A program made the translations under genes and the position numbers. From Oscillospiraceae bacterium (GTDB lineage: Bacteria; Bacillota; Clostridia; Oscillospirales; Ruminococcaceae), in the NCBI GenBank assembly GCA_045644905.1, contig JAZRHT010000161.1:1-45110 (forward strand): DNA of 45,110 bases, given 5' to 3'. The notes under the pieces are model-generated. The model searched no databases. It was not told where the DNA came from and saw nothing but the letters and a program-made list of their open reading frames with translations. Shown one piece after another: positions 24,226 through 34,080 of the stretch. Position 1 is the first letter of the stretch, and each line of letters begins with the position of its first letter.

Positions 24226-26274
24226 GTGTTCCCTATACTAAGTTTAAATTCGCCCATAGTTGAGGTTAATAAAATCGGCGAAAAACGAGCTGAGCTTTAT
24301 AAAAAGCTCGGAATACAAACGGTTTCTGACCTTATTCATCATTTTCCGCGCTCTTATATCGACTTTACGAGTGAAGGCACGCTTGACGATTTTCGTATTG
24401 GGGACACCGCTACTATTCTCGCTAAGGTTACTGAAAAATTTGCTCCCCTACGTGTTCGTGGAGGAACAACTATTTTCAAATTAATAGCACTTGATAGTTC
24501 CCAAAATGCTGTTACCATTACTTTTTTTAGCAACAAATTTGCCTATGAGGCTCTTAAAACGGGCGAGCAATACATATTTTACGGAAAACTCTCAGGTACG
24601 CCTTTTTATCCCGAGCTTTCCGTTCCCCTTTTCATTCCCAAAAATGCGGCAACCTCTATGCAGCCGCACTATCCCTTAACTGCGGGACTTTCGCACAAAA
24701 TGATTGCGGCAAATATCCGCTCGGCATTAGACGGGCTTGGCAAATTTAATAACACCTGCCTACCTGATGAAATACTTAAAAAAGAAGGCTTGGCTAATAA
24801 CATTACCGCTTTTGAGAATATTCATTTCCCCAAAAAGCTAAGTGATGCCGCAGAGGCTCGAAAGCTCTTTATATTAGAAGAGCTTTTATGTCTTCAGCTT
24901 GCTATGGCGGGAATGAAGCGAAAAGCAAGGCAAGAGTCTACCTTCAAGCTCGAAAATATCGATATATCGGAGTTTTTAAGTTCCCTACCCTTTACCCCAA
25001 CAAATGCACAGACAAAGGCTATTGAAACCGCAATTTCTGATATGCAGGGCAACAGATGTATGAACAGGCTTCTGCAAGGAGACGTAGGATCGGGAAAAAC
25101 CTTAGTTGCGGCGGCGCTATTATATGCCGTTTCTAAAAATGGCGGGCAATGTGCCTTTATGGCGCCAACCGAAATACTTGCCGCTCAGCATTTTAAAACG
25201 CTCTCTAAACAGTTAGAGCCTTTTAAAATTACTGTCGCACTTCTTACAGGAAGCACAAGTGCAAAAGATAAAAGGAACATTTTAGAGGCAACCGCGCGCG
25301 GAGATATAAAGGTTTTATGCGGAACACACGCACTTATCGAAAAGGCGGTTGAATTCAATAATCTCTCACTCGTAATTGCTGACGAGCAGCATCGCTTTGG
25401 CGTTTCTCAGAGAGCATCGCTTATTTCAAAGGGTAAATTTCCGCACACGCTCATTATGTCGGCAACGCCTATTCCCCGCTCTCTTGCCCTTACTATTTAC
25501 GGAGATCTTGACATTTCCGTTTTAGACGAGCTTCCAAGTGGCAGAAAAAGCGTTAAAACATATCTTATAGACACTAAAAAGAGAGTTCGTGCCCTCTCAT
25601 TTATCGAAAAAGAAATAAAAAGCGGCAGGCAGGCTTACATTGTTTGCCCTGCAGTTGAAGAGTCTGAGCTCGACATTGAGTCAGCAACACAATACTATGA
25701 AAAACTGTGCGCTTATTTTAAGGACTGCAAAATCGGTCTTCTACACGGCAGAATGAAGCCTATCGAAAAAGATGCGGTTATGACAGATTTCAGAAGCGGA
25801 AGCATTGATATTTTGGTTTCAACTACCGTTATTGAAGTTGGTGTTGACGTTTCTAATGCAACAGTCATGATGATTGAAAATGCCGACAGATTTGGGCTTT
25901 CACAGCTTCATCAATTAAGAGGACGAGTTGGACGAGGCAGCGAGCAATCGCATTGTATTCTCGTTTCGGATAGCAGTTCTGAAAATGCAAAGGCTCGCCT
26001 TTCTATTATGACAAAGACGAGCGACGGATTTGAGATTGCTAAATTTGACTTAGAGCAACGAGGCCCCGGTGACTTCTTCGGCGACAGGCAGCACGGACTT
26101 CCTACTCTGCATACCGCAGATTTACTTTCGGATTCGGTAGCACTTGAAAAAGCACAGAAATATGCTGCAGAAATACTTGAAAATGACAGCAGACTCGCGC
26201 TTTCAGAACACAATGCACTTAAAGACCGAGTAAATTCAATGTATAAAAAATTGGGACACACAAGAAACAACTAA
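24226..26274 (+). CDS. recG: ATP-dependent DNA helicase RecG
   Basis: Wedge-domain N-terminus, then helicase motifs: LLQGDVGSGKT (I), DEQHRFG (II), SATPIPR (III) and QLHQLRGRVGRG (VI). The start codon is uncertain (see findings). Confidence 0.9.
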   Translation: MFPILSLNSPIVEVNKIGEKRAELYKKLGIQTVSDLIHHFPRSYIDFTSEGTLDDFRIGDTATILAKVTEKFAPLRVRGGTTIFKLIALDSSQNAVTITFFSNKFAYEALKTGEQYIFYGKLSGTPFYPELSVPLFIPKNAATSMQPHYPLTAGLSHKMIAANIRSALDGLGKFNNTCLPDEILKKEGLANNITAFENIHFPKKLSDAAEARKLFILEELLCLQLAMAGMKRKARQESTFKLENIDISEFLSSLPFTPTNAQTKAIETAISDMQGNRCMNRLLQGDVGSGKTLVAAALLYAVSKNGGQCAFMAPTEILAAQHFKTLSKQLEPFKITVALLTGSTSAKDKRNILEATARGDIKVLCGTHALIEKAVEFNNLSLVIADEQHRFGVSQRASLISKGKFPHTLIMSATPIPRSLALTIYGDLDISVLDELPSGRKSVKTYLIDTKKRVRALSFIEKEIKSGRQAYIVCPAVEESELDIESATQYYEKLCAYFKDCKIGLLHGRMKPIEKDAVMTDFRSGSIDILVSTTVIEVGVDVSNATVMMIENADRFGLSQLHQLRGRVGRGSEQSHCILVSDSSSENAKARLSIMTKTSDGFEIAKFDLEQRGPGDFFGDRQHGLPTLHTADLLSDSVALEKAQKYAAEILENDSRLALSEHNALKDRVNSMYKKLGHTRNN

Positions 26275-26320
26275 AAAACTCCTTCAAGGCAAGGTCTTGA
26301 AGGAGTTTTACTTTTTTATT
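26275..26320. terminator. Bidirectional intrinsic terminator between convergent genes
   Basis: 14-bp perfect stem aaaactccttcaag (26275-26288) / cttgaaggagtttt (26296-26309), with a T-run after it. Confidence 0.85.
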
Positions 26321-27692
26321 TAAGGGTTTCCATAAGCTTCTTAGACTCTTCGATAATAAGTTCTGCAACGCCAGCCTTAAATCCGGAAGAGCGAGCCTCA
26401 TATCCGCCCTGCTCATAAGCATCTATCATGGGGAAATATCCCTCATAGCCGTTTGTGATACAGGTGGGAAGAATGAGATCCCAACCCTCTGCGGCTTTAA
26501 TTCCCTTGCTGATTCCGTTAAAGGGCTCGCCGGGGATACCCGAAAGAACAACATTGCCGATTGCAATAGCGGAGAGCGTCATGGGGAAGGATTCGGGGCC
26601 GTCTTTAAGGCGAACCATTCTTGCTGCCTCTCCAAGAACTGTTGTGAGCATCATACCCTCATAGGGAAGCTCGTTGTCTCTGCCAGCCTTATGGAGTTCA
26701 TTGATACGGATAGCCTCGGGAACCTCCTCGGGCTTTGGCATATTGGAAGGAACCTGAAGCACCTTTTGAGCATAGCGGATGGAGTCAACATCAGTGTAGG
26801 CAACCTTATCAAAAACCTGCATAATTGCGCCTGCAACAACTCTGCCCATATGTATTGCGTGACCGTAACCACGGGAAACATTGTCAAAATCATTGAAGGT
26901 GTCGTTGAGGAAGCCGGGCCAGGGTTTAACATTAACGTGGTTTACATCGCCCTGACAGCCGTTGAAGAAGATGCAACGAGTGTTGTCAACTGCTTTTTCA
27001 AAGGTGTGTCTTGTAAGGCCGGGCCAGTCAGCAGAAATCTTGCATCCTCCAACAACGTCGGGGTGGTTACCTACGTTAGCGAGAACAAGGCTTTTTCCGC
27101 CTTCCTGATCAAATCTAAGAACATTAACTCTGTCGTCAATGTCGCCAACGGGGCGAACAACGTCAGGGTTATTTACACCGGGGTTAGTTCTGATGCTTCC
27201 GTCCTTCATAATATAGCGGCGGACGAATGCGATATTAGCAGCCTTACCTACTGCAAAGCCCATTTTAGCGGGTTTGAGATCATCAAATGCCATCTTTGCG
27301 GCATCTGCAAATCTGTGATATAAGAATTCGATATACTCTTCGACTAATTTATCACCAACAATCGCTTTTTCATCGTCTCCGTTGCGCAGACTCTCAAGTC
27401 TTGTAGCGGGGCCGGTGTGGGTGTGGGTAGCGTGCAGATAGATAGCTTCAAAAGGAATATCGCAAACCTCTGCAATATGTCTTCTGAATCTCTCGGATAC
27501 AGCCTGCTTGATACCAATAAGGTCAGCGCTGAGCATAACAACCTTAGTTTCTCCGCAAGCAAGGGCGAGAGCATTGATTTCGAGCTCATCAAGAACACCG
27601 TCTGCATATCTGGGAACAAAATATCCGCTTATGGGGATTCCCATCATAGGTGTGATGTTAACTCTTCCAAAACCAGCATGTAACTTATTCAT
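26316..27692 (-). CDS. Neutral/alkaline ceramidase-like hydrolase family protein (function unknown)
   Basis: The N-terminus GFGRVNITPMMGIPISGY and the motif HATHTHTGP resemble the N-terminal catalytic domain of neutral ceramidases (SATHTHSGP, recalled from memory). Confidence 0.55.
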   Translation of the reverse strand: MNKLHAGFGRVNITPMMGIPISGYFVPRYADGVLDELEINALALACGETKVVMLSADLIGIKQAVSERFRRHIAEVCDIPFEAIYLHATHTHTGPATRLESLRNGDDEKAIVGDKLVEEYIEFLYHRFADAAKMAFDDLKPAKMGFAVGKAANIAFVRRYIMKDGSIRTNPGVNNPDVVRPVGDIDDRVNVLRFDQEGGKSLVLANVGNHPDVVGGCKISADWPGLTRHTFEKAVDNTRCIFFNGCQGDVNHVNVKPWPGFLNDTFNDFDNVSRGYGHAIHMGRVVAGAIMQVFDKVAYTDVDSIRYAQKVLQVPSNMPKPEEVPEAIRINELHKAGRDNELPYEGMMLTTVLGEAARMVRLKDGPESFPMTLSAIAIGNVVLSGIPGEPFNGISKGIKAAEGWDLILPTCITNGYEGYFPMIDAYEQGGYEARSSGFKAGVAELIIEESKKLMETLK

Positions 27693-27727
27693 AAATATCC
27701 TCCTTAAAGCACTTTGTGTGCTATAAA

Positions 27728-28372
27728 TTACTCATTGATTTCCTTTGCAAGATAGCGAAGTGTCATTAAACTGTCGTTTAGATGAACATTTTCGACTGCA
27801 AGCTTATATTCGGGGTGAGAAAGCACGATATCGTACTGCGTGTAGTTCCAAAAAACCTTAATTCCAAGCGAAAGAAGATTCTCTACAACCTCTTTTGCGT
27901 TTTCATCGGGAACGCATACAATTGCAGCCTTAACCTCGTTTTGCTCACAGAATTCGTTTAAGGTTTCGCTATCGGCAACCTCTATACCCCCGATAACCTT
28001 TCCTATAACATCGGTAGACTTATCAAAAGCCTTTAAAAGCTCAAAGCCTCTTGACTCAAAGTCAATTCTTGTGCAAACCGCCTTACCGATTTTTCCTGCT
28101 CCGACAAGAATGGTTTTAATCTTGTTATCAAGGTTTAAAATCTTGGCAATTTCCTCTTTAAGCACCGAAAGATTGTAGCCGTAGCCTTGCTGACCGAAGC
28201 CGCCGAAGCAGTTTAAATCCTGACGAATCTGTGAAGCGGTAAGTCCCATTCTCTCAGAGAGCTCCTTTGAGGAAATTCTCTCTATGCCCTCTGCCATAAG
28301 CGAGCAGACAAATCGATAATATCTCGGCAGTCTGCGGATTACGGGGAGCGCAACTATCTGTATTTTTGCCAT
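27728..28372 (-). CDS. rex: Redox-sensing transcriptional repressor Rex
   Basis: RRLPRYYRF...ISSKELSERMGLTASQIRQDLNCFGGFGQQGYGY is the Rex winged-helix signature. It is followed by a Rossmann motif LVGAGKIG. Confidence 0.9.
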   Translation of the reverse strand: MAKIQIVALPVIRRLPRYYRFVCSLMAEGIERISSKELSERMGLTASQIRQDLNCFGGFGQQGYGYNLSVLKEEIAKILNLDNKIKTILVGAGKIGKAVCTRIDFESRGFELLKAFDKSTDVIGKVIGGIEVADSETLNEFCEQNEVKAAIVCVPDENAKEVVENLLSLGIKVFWNYTQYDIVLSHPEYKLAVENVHLNDSLMTLRYLAKEINE

Positions 28373-28390
28373 CTTTTTATGTTCCTTTAA

Positions 28391-29788
28391 TTAAAATTCA
28401 GCATTTCCTACTGTTCTGGGGAAAAGTAGCACGTCACGGATATTAGAAATACCAGTAAGGTACATAATAAGTCTTTCAAATCCAAGACCGAAGCCGCCGT
28501 GACGAGCGCCGCCATATTTACGAAGGTCAAGATACCAAGAGTAATCTTCCTCGTTAAGACCGAGCTCTTTGATTCTATCAGTGAGAATGTCAAGGCGTTC
28601 TTCTCTCTGGCTACCGCCGATGATTTCTCCGATTCCGGGAACGAGAAGGTCAACTGCTCCAACAGTTTTGCCGTCTTCGTTTTGACGCATATAGAATGCC
28701 TTGATCTCCTTGGGATAGTCGGTTACAAATACGGGGCATTTGCAGAGCTCCTCAGTAAGATATCTTTCGTGCTCTGTCTGAAGGTCGCAGCCCCAATATG
28801 CCTTAAATGTAAATCTATCGTTTACTTTTTCAAGCTCTTTAACAGCGTCGGTATAAGACATACGGATGAAAGGCGATTCTGCAACGAACTTAAGACGCTC
28901 GATAAGTCCCTTATCTACAAAGGAATTAAAGAAGTTAAGCTCGTCGGGGCAATTTTCGAATACATAGTTTATAACGAATTTAATCATATTCTGAGCGGTG
29001 TCCATAACATCGGAAAGCTCGCAGAATGCAATTTCGGGCTCAACCATCCAGAACTCTGCGGCGTGGCGCTGAGTGTTGGAGTTTTCGGCGCGGAAGGTGG
29101 GACCAAAGGTGTAAATCTTTCCGAAAGCCATTGCCATACACTCGCCCTCAAGCTGACCTGAAACGGTAAGCTGAGTTTGTTTGCCGAAAAAGTCCTGCGA
29201 CCAGTCGATAGTTCCATCCTCGTTGCGAGGAGGATTTTCGGGGTCAATGGTGCTGACCCTGAACATTTCACCCGCTCCCTCACAGTCACTGCCTGTGATG
29301 ATGGGTGTATGAACATAAACAAAGCCGCTCTCCTGGAAGAACTTATGAATTGCGTAAGCTGCAACAGAACGAACGCGGAAAGCCGCTCCGTAGAGGTTTG
29401 TTCTTGCACGGAGATGTGCGATTGTTCTTAAAAATTCGGGGCTGTGGCGCTTTTTCTGTAAAGGATAATCATTAGGTGACTCGCCCTCAATTTCAATTTT
29501 CTCTGCGTGAATCTCGAAGGGCTGACGCATTTCAGGAGTAAGCACTACCTTACCCTCTACGTAAATTGCGCTACCGACATTGAGCTTTTCGATTTCAGCG
29601 AAGTTGCTGATTTTGCTATCCTCAAAAACGATCTGAAGATTTTTAAAGCAGGTTCCGTCATTAAGCTCGATAAAACCGATTGCCTTGGAGCTGCGGATAG
29701 TTTTAACCCAGCCGCAAACTGTAATGGTTTTGTCAGCGTAAGACTCTGCAGTAGCAAAGAGCTGTTTTAAATCCATAGTTTTTTCCAT
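28391..29788 (-). CDS. asnS: Asparagine--tRNA ligase
   Basis: 465 aa class IIb aaRS: an OB-fold N-terminus ([22 protein letters not shown]), motif 2 [21 protein letters not shown], and motif 3 [20 protein letters not shown] lies 7 nt upstream. Confidence 0.9.
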   Translation of the reverse strand: MEKTMDLKQLFATAESYADKTITVCGWVKTIRSSKAIGFIELNDGTCFKNLQIVFEDSKISNFAEIEKLNVGSAIYVEGKVVLTPEMRQPFEIHAEKIEIEGESPNDYPLQKKRHSPEFLRTIAHLRARTNLYGAAFRVRSVAAYAIHKFFQESGFVYVHTPIITGSDCEGAGEMFRVSTIDPENPPRNEDGTIDWSQDFFGKQTQLTVSGQLEGECMAMAFGKIYTFGPTFRAENSNTQRHAAEFWMVEPEIAFCELSDVMDTAQNMIKFVINYVFENCPDELNFFNSFVDKGLIERLKFVAESPFIRMSYTDAVKELEKVNDRFTFKAYWGCDLQTEHERYLTEELCKCPVFVTDYPKEIKAFYMRQNEDGKTVGAVDLLVPGIGEIIGGSQREERLDILTDRIKELGLNEEDYSWYLDLRKYGGARHGGFGLGFERLIMYLTGISNIRDVLLFPRTVGNAEF

Positions 29789-29805
29789 TTTTTGTTCTCC
29801 TTATA

Positions 29806-29964
29806 TCAAAAGTCGTTATAAACAAATTCGATTTTCTGTCCGTCTGTAAAAAGATAGAGCGCTACGAGGGCAGCGATTACAAGAACATAAAAGCCGATAC
29901 GAAGAAAGCTGTTATTATAAATCTTCGCCGTAGTATCTGTGATAGTACGCATCAATTTCTTCAT
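29806..29964 (-). CDS. dltX: DltX-like small membrane peptide (52 aa), overlapping the 3' end of dltD
   Basis: MKKLMRTITDTTAKIYNNSFLRIGFYVLVIAALVALYLFTDGQKIEFVYNDF has one TM helix and ends in F-x-Y-x-x-F, the conserved C-terminal DltX motif. The only in-frame starts (29964 or 29952) lie inside dltD, whose stop is at 29915. Confidence 0.65.
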   Translation of the reverse strand: MKKLMRTITDTTAKIYNNSFLRIGFYVLVIAALVALYLFTDGQKIEFVYNDF

Positions 29965-31141
29965 TGACCTTAAGCCACCCTTTCCATCCCAAGTGCATTG
30001 TGTCACAAAGGAAATATTTTTCGTATTCGTAAGAGCTTAAATCTAAATACTCAAAGCCATACTTTGCACAGTAGGGAGCGACTGTACCCTCTACCTTATT
30101 GTAATAGTCCTTTCGGCGCTCTTTTGTAAAGCCGGTGTAATCCGACCATTCACCATGAAGTGGGACGCTTACAAACATTGGCCTTATTCCCTTCTCCACG
30201 CAAATATCGAGAAGGAGCTTTAGATCGGAATACTCAACCGAATTGCTATATGATAGATTTTTATCTCTATTTTCAAATCTGTTCAGATGATTTCCAACGT
30301 TCTTTTTATAGTCGTCGTTTCGCATACCGAAATCATTGTTGGTTGTTTCCTGCTTAGCAATCTGCTCGGCGGCTAAGCTCTCCTTCTTCCAATCGATTTC
30401 TTTTGAAAGCGGAGCTTTATTATAATTCGCTGTTTTATTTATAAGCTGCGCCGATTTAATCATATCTCGGTTGTCTGCCATAAGTCTTTCAAAAAGGAAA
30501 TATGGAGCAGTGACTGCTTTACCGACATTTGCAACAAAGTTTTCGCTTGCTCCCATTTTAGCAAGTGCTCGAATATCATCATAGCCCGAAAGCTTTCCAA
30601 ATTCGCTATCGTATCTGCCTAACATTTCAACAACTCTTTTGGAAAGGCGTGTCTTTACATTGTCACTTACATCAGAGTCATACATTATAGTTATATACTG
30701 CTGTTTGGAAAAGTTTGCAAAAAACATATCGGGAGTAATTCCCCCCTCAACATAGGATTGAGGCGAGGTTATAAGCACGACGGGAGCTCCTTTTAGGCTA
30801 TCGCCTGAAGCGGCGATGCTCATTGCGTGAATAATACTCTGGCAAGAGCCTCGACCGATGAGGTTTACCTGAAAGCCCGTTCTTTTGCCTGCAAAGAAGT
30901 TTGCAGGGTGTGTGCTAATATATTCGGTTCTAAGCTCAGAGGAGCCGTAGACTATAACGTTATCCTCTCTCTTTGCTGACTCTTTTAAGAGATGAATTCC
31001 CTGAATTTTAAGGTCGTCCGTACCGCTTCCGATTTCTTCCTTATAATCGGGCATTGTTGCCTTTATTACAAATGGCGTTGCCGCAAATATAAGGCACACA
31101 ATAAGAAGAAGCGATAAGGCGCGCAAAATGATTTTTTTCAC
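29915..31141 (-). CDS. dltD: D-alanyl-lipoteichoic acid biosynthesis protein DltD
   Basis: N-terminal signal anchor, GSSEL catalytic-Ser motif, about 408 aa, in the position after dltC. The start is set to GTG 31141, with GAGAGGA upstream and 4 nt after the dltC TAG. Confidence 0.85.
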   Translation of the reverse strand: MKKIILRALSLLLIVCLIFAATPFVIKATMPDYKEEIGSGTDDLKIQGIHLLKESAKREDNVIVYGSSELRTEYISTHPANFFAGKRTGFQVNLIGRGSCQSIIHAMSIAASGDSLKGAPVVLITSPQSYVEGGITPDMFFANFSKQQYITIMYDSDVSDNVKTRLSKRVVEMLGRYDSEFGKLSGYDDIRALAKMGASENFVANVGKAVTAPYFLFERLMADNRDMIKSAQLINKTANYNKAPLSKEIDWKKESLAAEQIAKQETTNNDFGMRNDDYKKNVGNHLNRFENRDKNLSYSNSVEYSDLKLLLDICVEKGIRPMFVSVPLHGEWSDYTGFTKERRKDYYNKVEGTVAPYCAKYGFEYLDLSSYEYEKYFLCDTMHLGWKGWLKVNEEIDAYYHRYYGEDL

Positions 31142-31145
31142 TTTA

Positions 31146-31382
31146 CTATCCTCTCTTTGAAAGGTGCTCAATCACTTTATTGGGTGTGTTGATATCTTTT
31201 CTTTCAATCTCGGTGATTTCAAGCTTGATGCCAAGTTCAGACTCAAAATCTACTATAAGGCCAAGCATTGCGAAAGAATCAAGAAGGCCTTCCTCAAACA
31301 TATCAATGTCCATATCCTCTTTAAGATCCTCGGGCTCAACTCCGCATTTGTCTGCAAGGATTTGTAAAATTTTTTCTTCCAT
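31146..31382 (-). CDS. dltC: D-alanyl carrier protein DltC
   Basis: 78 aa carrier protein with the phosphopantetheine-attachment motif LLDSF. Confidence 0.9.
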   Translation of the reverse strand: MEEKILQILADKCGVEPEDLKEDMDIDMFEEGLLDSFAMLGLIVDFESELGIKLEITEIERKDINTPNKVIEHLSKRG

Positions 31383-31395
31383 TTTTTAAGTCCTC

Positions 31396-32529
31396 CTAAA
31401 ATAATTTGCCTGAGAAAATCAGCAGGCCGAAACTAAACAGATGTATTGTTACAAGGCAGAAAAGGGGTTGCCACTTAGGATCTCTCTTTGCCTTTTTAAA
31501 GCCTTTAACCTTATTGTCAAGCACGTCGTTTAAGCACATTAAAAGTCCGTGATATGCGCCGTAAACTATATAATGGAGTTCTAAGCCGTGCCAAATTCCC
31601 ATAGTCATCATTGTAATGATGTAGCCCAAATAAGAAGCTGTCAAAGGGTCTTTAAACCATTTGCCCTTTAAAGCCGCAAGGGCGAAACGGGAATAAACGT
31701 AGTCACGAAGCCAAGTGGATAAGGAAATATGCCAGCGTGCCCAGAAATCCTTCATATCAACTGCGCCGAAGGGCATATTGAAGTTTTCCTCGAGCTTTAC
31801 ACCTAAAATATAGGCAGTACCGATTGCCATACTGCTTCCGCCTGCAAAGTTGAAGAACAGGAATAGTGTGTAGCCGTACATATATGAAATTGTATCTAAA
31901 AGCGAGCTTCCGAGAGGCGAAATCCAATAGGAATAGATAACGCTTGAAATAACAAAGTTATAAAATGCACCCTTAAAAAGCTTCCAGACACCTTTTTGAA
32001 GGAGCTCTCTATATTCTTCTTTTGTATAGGGAGTTTTGAGTTCCTTTGAAAATCTCCTTGAGCGGTCGATAGGACCAGCGCTTATACAAGGGAAGAACAA
32101 GAGAAAATACAAAAACTCAAAAATGCCGATTTTCTCAATAAGCCCATCGTATGTGTCGATAATAACCTGAAGGGCACGGAAGGTAAGATACGAAAGGCCT
32201 AAAATTCCGAAAACACTGCCGCCGATTTCAATGCCAAATTTGGTAAGAATCATAGGCAGGATTGAAAGCAGCACGAACACCCAAAGAAGTGGACGAACTT
32301 TTTTCGCCTTCAAGACAAGCGGAAAGATTTTAACAAGTAGAAGCTGCCACAGCGCAAACACCGCTACAAACAAAAGCTTTATTGGGGTGTTAAATATAAG
32401 CAGCAGAAATGCTAAAGAAACAACTGCGCCATAGTATTTAATAGGTTTTCCTAAAAGTCCCAAAACTATCGCAGGAACAAGCGAAAGAATAAGGATATAG
32501 AAAAACATCAATGAATCAAAAGGAACCAT
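31396..32529 (-). CDS. dltB: D-alanyl transfer protein DltB (MBOAT family)
   Basis: 377 aa polytopic protein with WARWHISLSTWLRDYVY and a downstream conserved His (MGIWHG), between dltA and dltC. Confidence 0.9.
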   Translation of the reverse strand: MVPFDSLMFFYILILSLVPAIVLGLLGKPIKYYGAVVSLAFLLLIFNTPIKLLFVAVFALWQLLLVKIFPLVLKAKKVRPLLWVFVLLSILPMILTKFGIEIGGSVFGILGLSYLTFRALQVIIDTYDGLIEKIGIFEFLYFLLFFPCISAGPIDRSRRFSKELKTPYTKEEYRELLQKGVWKLFKGAFYNFVISSVIYSYWISPLGSSLLDTISYMYGYTLFLFFNFAGGSSMAIGTAYILGVKLEENFNMPFGAVDMKDFWARWHISLSTWLRDYVYSRFALAALKGKWFKDPLTASYLGYIITMMTMGIWHGLELHYIVYGAYHGLLMCLNDVLDNKVKGFKKAKRDPKWQPLFCLVTIHLFSFGLLIFSGKLF

Positions 32530-32545
32530 CTTTTTTCCTCACTTT

Positions 32546-34066
32546 TTAAAGCTGTGCAGCGAGCACTTTTCTATCAACCTTACCGTTTGTATTGGTAGGC
32601 AGACTGTCGCAGAGAACAATTTTTCTCGGAACCATATATGCGGGGATAAACTTGGCGAGTTCTGTCTTTATGCGAGCGATCTCACGAAGTTTAGGAGTGT
32701 CAATTGGGTGTGTAAGAAGCACAAAAGCAGCAAGGTAATCAACCTTTTCCTCGTTCATAACGGGGATTACAACTGCGCGGCTTACGTTTTCTACCTTAAC
32801 CATATTGTTTTCAATATCTTCAAGTTCAATTCGGTAACCATTGAGTTTAATCTGAAAATCCATTCTTCCGCAGAAGTAATAAAGTCCGTTATGAGAGTAG
32901 CAAGCGTCACCGGTGCGGTAGCCACGCTTCTTTTCCCCTCTCGACTCGGTTTCAAAGAAAACCTTCTGGGTTAAGTCGGGACGGCCGTAATATCCGTGTC
33001 CGACATTGTGGGAAACTATCTGCAGTTCGCCGATTTGGTTATCGGCAAGCTGTTTTCCCTCTTTATCCACTATTCTAAACTCGACTTCCTCTAAAGGTGC
33101 TCCGATAGGAATGGGCTTTTCGTCCTTTGCCATTTCATCGGTGATAACACTTGCGGTAACTAAAACTGTTGCCTCGGTAGGACCATAAGTGTTAACGATA
33201 TCGGCATTGGGGAAGCGTTCCTTTAAAAGGTCAACTAATTTATGAGTTAATGTTTCGCCGCAGAAAAGGAAGCGGCGAAGTTTGGGGAGCATTTTCTCAT
33301 TGAAATTCTCCGACATAGCGCACAATTCTGCAAAAGAAGGAGTTGAAACCCAAAAAGAAAGATTTGAGTTTGTAAGGCCTTCATAGAGATTTGCCGGGGT
33401 TTCCATCATCGCTTTATCGATTGTGAAGAGGGTTTTTCCGAGCGAAACTCCAACGTAAACCGAAACAACCGAAACGTCAAACGAGAAGGAAATTTGGTTT
33501 GTGATAACCTCGGTTTCTGCATCTATATCGCACCAACGTGTGAGATATTTTGCAAGGTTTTCAATGTTTGCTCTATTTATGGGAACACCTTTAGGACGAC
33601 CGGTTGAACCCGATGTAAATAGAATGTAGCAGTTATCCTCGGGTTTTACCCAGTTTTCGCTGTCGACAGCGCCACCCTTGTAGTTTTCAAAAATTTCATC
33701 AATTTTAGAAATGTCAAGGCGCTCTGTTCCCTCGCCTATCGCAACATCGGTATCGCGAAGAGTTACAAAAAACTTAGGAGCTACGTCGGAAAGGACCATT
33801 TCAAGTCTATCAGTGGGGAAGGTTATATCAACGGGGACATAGGCTCTGCCAGCTTTAAGTGCGCCGTACATACAAGGCAGAAACTCCATTTCCTTATGTC
33901 CGTAAATTACGACGGGAGATTTATCATCTGAGTTTTTAAGAAGATAATCAGCAAAGGCATTGGATGCTCTCTCAAGCTCTGCATAGGTCATAGCCTTATC
34001 GTTATAAACTACGGCCTTTCTGCCCTCATCCTTTGCATATTCTCTAATCTTTTCAAGAACAAACAT
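32546..34066 (-). CDS. dltA: D-alanine--D-alanyl carrier protein ligase DltA
   Basis: Adenylation-domain motifs FTSGSTGRPKG, YGPTE, YRTGD and GKVDRK. The start is trimmed to ATG 34066, with AGGGAG 8 nt upstream. The longer track ORF overlaps the upstream lipoprotein gene. Confidence 0.9.
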   Translation of the reverse strand: MFVLEKIREYAKDEGRKAVVYNDKAMTYAELERASNAFADYLLKNSDDKSPVVIYGHKEMEFLPCMYGALKAGRAYVPVDITFPTDRLEMVLSDVAPKFFVTLRDTDVAIGEGTERLDISKIDEIFENYKGGAVDSENWVKPEDNCYILFTSGSTGRPKGVPINRANIENLAKYLTRWCDIDAETEVITNQISFSFDVSVVSVYVGVSLGKTLFTIDKAMMETPANLYEGLTNSNLSFWVSTPSFAELCAMSENFNEKMLPKLRRFLFCGETLTHKLVDLLKERFPNADIVNTYGPTEATVLVTASVITDEMAKDEKPIPIGAPLEEVEFRIVDKEGKQLADNQIGELQIVSHNVGHGYYGRPDLTQKVFFETESRGEKKRGYRTGDACYSHNGLYYFCGRMDFQIKLNGYRIELEDIENNMVKVENVSRAVVIPVMNEEKVDYLAAFVLLTHPIDTPKLREIARIKTELAKFIPAYMVPRKIVLCDSLPTNTNGKVDRKVLAAQL

Positions 34067-34080
34067 TGTTTTATCTCCCT

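Noticed and set aside
26691-27323. 210-aa plus-strand ORF
   Set aside because: It lies entirely antisense to the ceramidase-like gene, which has recognisable family motifs. It has no RBS and no recognisable domain.
28499-29161. 220-aa plus-strand ORF
   Set aside because: It is antisense to asnS, which has unambiguous class II aaRS motifs. Long antisense ORFs are common in such genes.
29789-29805. Looked for a T-box leader or attenuator upstream of asnS
   Set aside because: Only 17 nt separate asnS from the preceding ORF, which leaves no room for a T-box. There is just an RBS.
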